From Octopus bimaculoides (lineage: Eukaryota): a stretch of 64,000 bases of DNA. A program made the position numbers and the translations under genes. Positions 39,940-50,300 of this stretch are shown here, piece after piece. The notes beneath the pieces were generated by a model, which was not told the DNA's origin, did no database searches, and saw nothing but the letters and a program-made list of their open reading frames with translations. The stretch covers positions 47,817,420 through 47,881,419 of the forward strand of contig NC_068987.1 in NCBI RefSeq assembly GCF_001194135.2, read 5' to 3'. Within the stretch, counting starts at the first letter, position 1; each line of letters opens with the position of its first letter.

Positions 39940-39978
<39 letters not shown>

Positions 39979-42352
39979 TTCACAACAATGAGAGGTTGTT
40001 GTTGTTGAGAGAAAAATACAGTGAGAGAGGGAGAGAGAGAGTGTGTATGTGTGAAATATAGATAAATGTCGCTATACTAATTCGCAAGCTTTGATTGAAA
40101 GCAGGAATACAAGATACAAAATTGATACAGTGTACTTGTATCTAAAACAATCAAGCGACGTAGAAGGAGAAAACCGTGAAGGGCATCCAGTAAGCCCACA
40201 AATACAGTTTATTGTTATTAATAATTTAGTCTTAAAAGTGTGAAAAAATATATATTGCCACGAAAAAAGCCATAAAAATCACGGACGATATTTATGATTC
40301 CGCGAATAACAGGGACCATGAATGCTGAATCGTGAATAAGCAGGGGTACCAAATTCAGATGTGTACATTATATGTAAGCAAAACATAAAAAAACCCCTCG
40401 TGTACTCAGCACATGGTCTATCCAAATCAAGTACATTTTTATATCTCCAAACACAAACTTTACATAGTTGGCCCTACCAGTATCCCTTCAGCAACCAACT
40501 TCAAGAAATATTCTTTTCATAAAACATTGAGAATTGTTACTACATTGCTCTCTTTTTCATTTCTATTTTCGGATCATTTTGGTTTGACGGGCAACATTTT
40601 TCATTTGTTTTATGTAGTGTTTTTGGTACCGAAACACTTTCAAACTTCGTATACTTGTATATTTTGTGTTATAGAACAGATAAAAATTTTTGTATTCGAA
40701 GTTATTTCGTGTAAAAAGTTGTCGTATTTCGGTAATTTCAACCAATCACTGACGTCTATTGAGCTGAAAACAATTAGTGCCGTAGAATGTAAACAACATA
40801 TTCTAACGGTGTTATGGGATCTTTTCCCTTGAATAAAATTAGTGCCGTTGTTTGTGAACAACAACTATCGGCGGTACTGTTATTTATAACATCGTTCGTG
40901 CGTTTGTACTGGTTTTAGCTTTAGGGTTTTAGGGTTCCGGTTTTAGAGTTAAAGTTAGTTTTAGGGTTACGGTTAGGGTTATGATTATTTTTGCCATAAC
41001 CTCACTCATAACCCTAACCCTAAAACCCTATAACTTATAACCATAACCCTAACTCTAACCCCAACTCTAACCTTAAAACCCTAACACAAACGCACGAACG
41101 ATGTTATAAATAACTACCGCCGATAGTTGTTGTTGAGAAACAACGGCACTCATTTTATTCAAGGGAAAAGATCCCATGACACCGTTGTTTACATTCCAAG
41201 GCAGTAATTGTTTTCACCTCAATAGACGTCAGTGATTGGTTGAAATTACACAAATACGACAACTTTAACATGAAATAACTTATTAAGAACTAATTTTTGT
41301 TAAGAAGGCTAAGAGAAAAAGATGTTTTATATGACACATTCTACCAGTATCCCAAGTTTGAAAGTGTTTCGTTAAGAAAACAAGTGTTGCCCGTCGAACC
41401 AAAAAGATCCCTATTTTCTTTACTGAGACTCTTCTGTGACATTTACCTTCCTAACAGTCTCTCTCCCTCCCTATCTTGTCCCTTTATTGATGTCACTCTT
41501 CCAGTTCATTTCATTCTTGGGCCTTCCTGTCTCACTCTCTTTCTCTTCCCTGCTGATGATTATGCTGCAACGCTTGGCAGGGTATGTAATTTTATGCTTC
41601 ACCTGATCCTTTGCGTTCGTCTTTTTTATTTTCAATTTTGTTTGGGTCCACCCAGTATCTTATCCATATTTTCATTCCTAGTGGGTTTCCAGTATAAGCA
41701 ACACCACGAGTAGCTATTTCTATAAACAGCAACAGATTTGTAGGAGAGAAGCACAGTTAATTTAAGTGATTTGACATATGTACACATTTAGTACATTTAG
41801 GTGTTTCTATTCAGTATATTTAAGTGTGTGTGTGTGTTCACCCCCACTGTACCTTGATGGTACACCCCAACACATTTCTATCATAATCTTCTCTCTGCCT
41901 ATTCCCCACCTCTCTCTTTCTCTTCCCTTTTTTGACTGGAGCAGATATGTATCTCCTTTACAGCAAGACAACTGCTTCTGTCCATCTATTATACCATAAC
42001 TTTTCTTCAACTAGCACAAACCTACCTTCCTAACAGTTGAAGGGATCTTCTTGCAAGTTGTTTGGTGTCTTTGCCAGTGCTGGTGCCATGTAAAAAGTAT
42101 CCAGTACATTCTGTGAAGTGGTTGGCATTAGGAAGGGCCTCCAGCCATAGAAACCACACAAAATCAGACGATAGAACTCAGCACAGTTGTCTGGGTAGCT
42201 ACTCCTGTCATACTGTCCAACTCATGCCAGCATGGAGTACAGATGTTAAATGATGATTTTATATATGTGTGTGTGTGTATGTGTATTTATATGCACACAC
42301 ACACACACATATACTTTGATCTTAGCCATATACATACATACTTTGATCACAG

Positions 42353-42397
<45 letters not shown>

Positions 42398-45300
42398 AAT
42401 CTTCATCATCATCATTGATAACATCTGCCTTCCATGCTGGCATGAGTGATATATACATCATCATCATGAACATTTAACGTTCATGTTTCATGTTAGAATG
42501 GTTTGACAGGACCATTGGGTCCGAACATTCCATTGTATGCTAACATTTGCTCCAACATGGTTCCTGCAAATGGATGCCTTTTTCTAATGCTAGCCACTTT
42601 ACAGCATACACAGGATGCATTTTTTACACAGCTCTAGTGAAGGCATCATGCAGCATAAAAGACTAAGGTGCCTTTCAACTGGATGGAGTTACAGGAGACA
42701 GAAATGGATTTATGCTAGGAAATGAGGGGTTTAAATATGAGAGAAGGGCCAGAACAGAATGGGTTTCTTACTATAGAAGAACTACATGGCTACTCACATA
42801 AAAAGGAGGGTGGAAATGACTGGAGTAGAGTTGGTGATAAAAATGATGATGTGGTATCAGCATGAACCATTAAGACATGAAGTTAGAAGTGAGTGGGGAC
42901 AGAATAGGGGGTTAGGGCAGGTATGAGTTGCAAGAGTATATAGGGGAGTGAGAAATGGGGAATGCGGAAGGGGTTAACTTGAATGATGAACAAGTTTTAA
43001 GGGATAAATAGGGAAAATAGAGGAGGTGATGACTGTAGCAATTAGGTAGAGTTGCAGGGATGTAGTAAATGGTGGATAAAGGGTGGAGGTAACCAATGAT
43101 ATAAATGAATTTGGAGAGGAAGAGATGTGTGGTTATACAGGTTACAAGAGAGAGGGTGAAAGGCATAATGCATGGGGAGAGTGAGAGATTTATGAGTGTA
43201 GTGAAGAAGGAGGTTATAACTGGGTGGCTCAGGAGGATAATCACTGTAAAATGTGAGTAGAGAAAGGAGGGTTTTCAGAATGAAGGATGGATATAAGAAC
43301 TCATAGCTGAGTTCATTGTATGCAGAACTGCAAATTGAAAGATCAAGAAGTCCTATCCTATAACCAATATTGCACTGTGCTCATTGTTAAGATACTTCAT
43401 TTATAAATGGCTCAGTGCATGCAAATGGCTCTAGCTATAAAGACACTCTATAGAAAAGTTCAATATTTACAGCTAGGTAGACAGAGCCATTAAAGAGACA
43501 GTTTTTGCAATAGCCACAGCACAACATAGGGAATCATCATCATCGTTTAACGTCCGCTTTCCATGCTAGCATGGGTTGGACGATTTGACTGAGGACTGGT
43601 GAACCAGATGGCTACACCAGGCTCCAATCTGATTTGGCAGAGTTTCTACAGCTGGATGCCCTTCCTAACGCCAACCACTCTGAGAGTGTAGTGGGTGCTT
43701 TTACGTGCCACCGGCACGAAGGCCAGTCAGGCGGTACTGGCAACGGCCATGCTCAAAATGTTGTCTTTTACATGCCACCCGCACAGGAGCCAGTCCAGCA
43801 GCACTGGCAATGATCTCGCTCGAATGTCCTTACACGTGCCACTGGCACAAGTGCCAGGGCACCGGTGCCATCACGATTTCGCTTGCCTCAAAAGGTCTTC
43901 GCAAGCCGAGTTTCTGTTTCTAATGAAGGAGACGATGGCATGGTTGCCATCCGTCAAGATTAGTTCGATTTCACTTGCCTCAACAGGTCTTCACAAGCGG
44001 AGTTTAGTGTCCAACGTAGGAAGGTACACATCCTGGCAGAGGCCTTGGATTTAGGTCTCACTTGGCTTGCCGGGTCTTCTTACGCACAGTATATTTCCAA
44101 AGATCTCGGTCAGAAGTCATTGCCTCGGTGAGGCCCAATGTTTGAAGGTCATGCCTCACCACCTCATCCCAGGTCTTCCTGGGCCTACCTCTTCCACAGA
44201 TTCCCTCAACTGCTAGGGTGTGGCACTTTTTCACACAGCTATCCTCATCCATTCTCGCCACATGCCCATACCAGCGCAAAACTCTGAGGGGTTATCAAAG
44301 TTGGTATTCAATGTCAGTTCAATGGCATAAAGCAAAGGGGAAATATATATAGATATAACACTCTGGATAAGATGTCAGTCTAACACAAATAACATGCTTA
44401 AGCCTTTAGCATTTAAGCCAGCCATATCCAGCAAAAATATTCTACTTGTTTTATGTTCAAATCAGCTAGATTCTGGCCTCTCACACTTCTGCTTTAATAT
44501 TATTCTAAAAATAAGCAATTGCATCATCAAAATCTCAGAGCATCAAGATAATGCATGATTAATTCAAAACAACGTGACTAAATAAGTATTACATTTGATA
44601 GAGAAATCTGAATGCTAAAGGGTTAAATAGTATTTCTGACATCCAGATAAACTGAGGCAATGTTAATCTGTTTGGCCATCTTACTCTTACAACAGAACCA
44701 AGAGAATAAAGAAACACCACCCAACCATAAACTTTTCCCACTAACTGGCGACATCCTGTAAACTCAGGCAATTGTTGATTTTGAATTTTAAGTAACTTTT
44801 AGTTTTGGTTTTAGGATGTGGTTTGTCCAGGACAGATGATAAGACATGTAAGTGTAGTTGTCACTTATTCTTCCCTCTTCCCTGCCATCTCTACTTATCA
44901 TCCCTAAGCAATTGTTCTTCATAATATTCACTTACCCTACTGTTTTATCCCCATTCACTTCTACTTGCCTCACCACCAGTTCTATCCTAACTACTTCCAT
45001 CACCTCTTCAATAATGTAGGGGAGCTATCAAGCTCCCCTACAGCAATAAACTTGTTCTGTTATACCACCATCTTCCTCATTTTAACTCCTCCTCTTCACA
45101 TATGAAGCTGCCTACCTCTCTACTATAGCCTCTCTCAATCAAAGGCAATCTCAGTCTTACAAGCTTTAAGCCATAAAGCTTGTAAAGTTTATGGTACCTC
45201 ACTAGCATTGATCCTATGAGAAAAGCACCCAGTAGATACTGTAAGGAGATTGATGTTAAGAAGTGCATCCAGTCGTAGAAACCATACCAAGGCAAACATT

Positions 45301-46279
45301 GGAATATGATGCATTGTTCAGATACATTGAATCCTGTCAAATCATCCAACCCATGTCAGCATGAAACATGGACATTAAATGATGATGGTGATGATGATGA
45401 TGATGATGGTTATTGGATCTATCATATACAGTCATAAGACTAATTCAAAGAGAAAATCAATAAAGTTACCTTTAGCATGGACAAGGACTCAAGTCCTCCA
45501 AAAGAGATGACCAGAAATAGCTAGAGACTCAGATTGTGTAAAGAAAAGACATTGGTCTCCAAGAGCATGAAGTATAAATAGTTAGATTCAGTATGTACAG
45601 AGATTGTAAGCTTTCGAGAAGAGAGAAAATATAACTAGACCTAAGTATATATGAAGGTCCACACAGACCCTGCATTACCACTATTTTTATCTCTAATTCA
45701 AGCTCATCCTCCCCACCTAATCAACCTCATCCTCTCTTCTAAAATGTAAGTAGCCATGTAAACCCTCTGCAGGTCACTTCTCTCATACTTTATCTCTTTA
45801 TCTCCTAGGATAAAGGCACCTTTCTCAATTTCATTGTCTTGCAAGTTGCATGGAAACTTCACTAGTGCCAGTGGCATGAAAAAAGCACCTAGTACATGCT
45901 GTAAAGTGACTGGCGTTTGGAAGGGCAACCAGCCATAGAAACTGTGCTAAAGTAGACAGTGGAGGACTTTTGCAATTCTTGGACCCATCAAATCCTGTCA
46001 AACCATCCAACTCATGCCAGCTTGGAGCATGGACATTAAATGATAATAACATGGAAAAGGTGCACAGTTAATTTAATTACAGTAGTTGGCTGCTCAGGCT
46101 TAACTCAAGAGAGAATACATCTCTCTTGGAGTTTGTCATCAACCAGTACACATTGTAAAGTGGTTGACATTGGGAAGGGCATTCAACCATAGAAACCATG
46201 CCAAACTAGACAGGGGAGTAGGGCCCATTGAATCCTGTCAAACCATCTAATCCATGCCAGCATCAAACATGGATGTTAA

Positions 46280-46335
<56 letters not shown>

Positions 46336-47082
46336 ATGAGTTTTACTAGAATAACAAACAGTTACTTACCTCCCAGTAACTGATGTATGGTGGAGTCTGA
46401 TGTTAATTCAGCAGGGATGTTACCATCAAAATTTTTTATATTTTTATCTGCACCATGTGTCAAAAGGAAAGCAACAACAGATGTATGGTTTCTAATTGTA
46501 GCCCAGTGCAAAGCAGTACTGAAATAAAATAAATAAATAAATAAATAAATAAAAAATAATGACATCTATTTGTTTTGCAAGAATCTTGACAAGAAATCAT
46601 GTGCTGAAACAGATACAGATAGTTATAATTATAGATAAGGATGGTCATATTTTGCCAAATAAAGAATAAGAGTAGACATGTGAGATAGAGTTGCTGAAGA
46701 GGTCACAGGATGTGTAATGAAGGAGTTTTGACAAAGAATCTAAAATAATAATAATAATAAAGCTGAAGTGAAGATCAAATATATAGTGTGTGCATGTTTA
46801 ATTGACAAAATATGACCATCTCCAAGTAAACAATAACGATATAATTATTACGATTACTAGCTTTGGCACAAGCAGCAAATCTTCAGGAACTGTAAAATCC
46901 ATAATACAAACTTGACTGGTATTTATTTTATTGACCTCAGGAAAATGAAAAGTAGTCAACCATAGTATCATTTAAAATACAAAACATGAAGACAAAATAC
47001 TGGTTTTAGTCTCAACTATTCCAGCCACTTTACACAACTAAATATTGCAATGTTGTTGTCAAGAGTTCAACTGTTTCTGTCT

Positions 47083-47132
<50 letters not shown>

Positions 47133-47335
47133 TGATGATGATGATGATTTCAAATTTTGACACAAGGCCAGCAAGTTTGGGAGAGGGGCCAAGTCAAATA
47201 CATTAACCCCAGTGTTCAACTGGTACCTGTATTATTGACTCCAAGAGAATGAAAGACAAAGTCAACCTTGGCAGAATTTGAATGCAGAGTGTAAAGACGG
47301 ATAGAATGCTGCTAAGCATTTTGCCCAGCACAGTA

Positions 47336-47393
<58 letters not shown>

Positions 47394-50300
47394 CCTTTCT
47401 ATTATAGGCACAACGCCTGAAATTTTGGGGGCGGGGACTAGTTGATCACATTGATCCCAGAATTTCACTGGTACTTAATTTATCAACTCTGAAAGGATGA
47501 AAGGCGAAGTCAAGTTCAGCAGAATTTGAACTCAAAATGTGGTAATGGGCAGAATACTGCTAAGCATTTCATTCAGCATGCTAACAACTCTGCCAGCTCA
47601 TCACCTTAANNNNNNNNNNNNNNNNNNNNNNNNNNNNNNNNNNNNNNNNNNNNNNNNNNNNNNNNNNNNNNNNNNNNNNNNNNNNNNNNNNNNNNNNNNN
47701 NNNNNNNNNNNNNNNNNNNNNNNNNNNNNNNNNNNNNNNNNNNNNNNNNNNNNNNNNNNNNNNNNNNNNNNNNNNNNNNNNNNNNNNNNNNNNNNNNNNN
47801 NNNNNNNNNNNNNNNNNNNNNNNNNNNNNNNNNNNNNNNNNNNNNNNNNNNNNNNNNNNNNNNNNNNNNNNNNNNNNNNNNNNNNNNNNNNNNNNNNNNN
47901 NNNNNNNNNNNNNNNNNNNNNNNNNNNNNNNNNNNNNNNNNNNNNNNNNNNNNNNNNNNNNNNNNNNNNNNNNNNNNNNNNNNNNNNNNNNNNNNNNNNN
48001 NNNNNNNNNNNNNNNNNNNNNNNNNNNNNNNNNNNNNNNNNNNNNNNNNNNNNNNNNNNNNNNNNNNNNNNNNNNNNNNNNNNNNNNNNNNNNNNNNNNN
48101 NNNNNNNNNNNNNNNNNNNNNNNNNNNNNNNNNNNNNNNNNNNNNNNNNNNNNNNNNNNNNNNNNNNNNNNNNNNNNNNNNNNNNNNNNNNNNNNNNNNN
48201 NNNNNNNNNNNNNNNNNNNNNNNNNNNNNNNNNNNNNNNNNNNNNNNNNNNNNNNNNNNNNNNNNNNNNNNNNNNNNNNNNNNNNNNNNNNNNNNNNNNN
48301 NNNNNNNNNNNNNNNNNNNNNNNNNNNNNNNNNNNNNNNNNNNNNNNNNNNNNNNNNNNNNNNNNNNNNNNNNNNNNNNNNNNNNNNNNNNNNNNNNNNN
48401 NNNNNNNNNNNNNNAACACTTCTCTCTCTACTCTCACCTTCCTTTTCAAGTGGAACTTGAAAAAGTTGATGGGGCCTTGGCCAAAGGGGAAAGTGTCTGA
48501 TTTTAGCCCTTTCAAACAGGTCCACCATACCACCTCTTTCGCTACAGCCACAAGACAAATGAAAATTGCCTTGCCCTCCCGGTTAAAGGAGGTCAGCGAC
48601 CATCTTCACTGTGGATTCAGCTGATAGCCGGATCCGTCCTACACGCAACAGTAGCTATTTGACATAAACCCACAGGTCAGCAATACTCGGGCACTGGACG
48701 AGTGTGTGCAGAAAGGTTTTGTCGCTCTGAGTGCACCTCGGGCAGGCCTGGCACTTTTGTGCTGGTAGAGTTTATCTCAAACAGGCAGCGCCCCACGGGA
48801 GCACTGCCAGACGAGGGACTTTTGGAAATTATCCATGGGCCCCGGCCCAAAAGTTCTGCCAAACAGACTACTCAGTTGGTCATCGTTGATGCCTAGAGTT
48901 TCCCCAAGAATGTCGTCACACTTCTCCTGCACTAACCCTCTATAGAACACTAGAGTGGAACTACTACCGATCGCATTGCCACCCGGTAGAGGGCGGTGAG
49001 AACTTGATGGCACTCAAGGTGCCAAGCACCCTTTCTCGGTCTACATCTGATCCAAGATTGCAGCTTGGTCAACGAGACGAGCTGTGGAAAGGAGAGTCTG
49101 ATGAACGGCGACCACACCTGCTCACCGTCCAGGAAACGCTTGAGATGCTGTAGCCTGAGTGCATCAGCAACCACGGCATGCCCAAGCCTCCATTCAGTGG
49201 CTGTTGACAGCAGACGGAGTGCCTGACCAGTGGTACCTGACCCTTCCACAGAAAGTTGAAGAGCAAGCGCACCAGCTTGGTTACCCAGCAGTCAGGACAA
49301 GGGACGACGGTCAAGCGGTAATAGATGACGGATGTGATGTATGCATTCACCACCTCCGCTCAACCTTTCAGGGACAGCTTCCTCTCAGCCCATTTCTGAG
49401 TGAGATTGGCCACCCTGTTTGTCACTTCATCCCAGTTGTTCTCCACCTGGAGGTTCGGACTGAGCCAGATCCCGAGCAATTTAACAGGACCGTCAGTTCA
49501 GCATTCCATGACGCTGTTGGACGGCATGGACTTGCCCCTCCAGGTGCCCAGTTGCAAGCCCACCGACTTTTCCACGTTAATTTTCGTGCCTTGTCTTATC
49601 GTCCGTCTGCAGAGGGTGTGGTGGACAAAGAAGGGAACAGTTTACTGTTCTCTTCAAATGACATTTTGGCAAAATTTACAAGTTTTAAAATGAAAAATTT
49701 GCCCCTAAAAGGGAAAAATTCTGCCTAACCGATTAGCTCAGCAAGAGCCTAGTCGGCTTGGCTACACAAATATACAAAAATATCAATAGGTTTAACAATA
49801 TTTCCAATGAAAATTGGCTCAAAACTTACAGCTTCTGAAAACACTTCAGCCCGCTTTCAAAACAATAATAATAATAATAATAATGGTTTTAAATTTTGGC
49901 ACAAAGATAGCAGTTTTAGGGGAGGGGTAAGTCGATTACATTGGCCCCAGTTCTCAACTGGTATTTATTTTATAGACACTGAAGGGATGACAGGCAAAGT
50001 TAACGTTGGCAGAATTTGAACTTAGAGTGTAGAGATGAATGAAATGCTGTTAAGCATTTTATCCAGTGTGCTAACAATTCTGCCAGCTCGCCACCTTAAA
50101 TAATGGTTTTAAATTTTGGAACAGGGTCAGCAAGTTTGGGGCAGGGGGTAAGTTGATTACATCAACCCCAGTGCTCAACTGGTACTTACTTTATCGACCC
50201 AGAAAGGATAAAAAGCAAAGTCAACCCTGGCGGCATTTGAACTCAGAATGTATAAAGAGACAGAAGAATCACTACTATGCATTTTGTCCGGTGCAGTAAT

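Noticed and set aside
40915-41085. Ancient telomere-telomere fusion site
   Set aside because: The repeats sit inside an element with TIRs and an 8-bp TSD that has a second copy in the window, in an intron of an intact gene.
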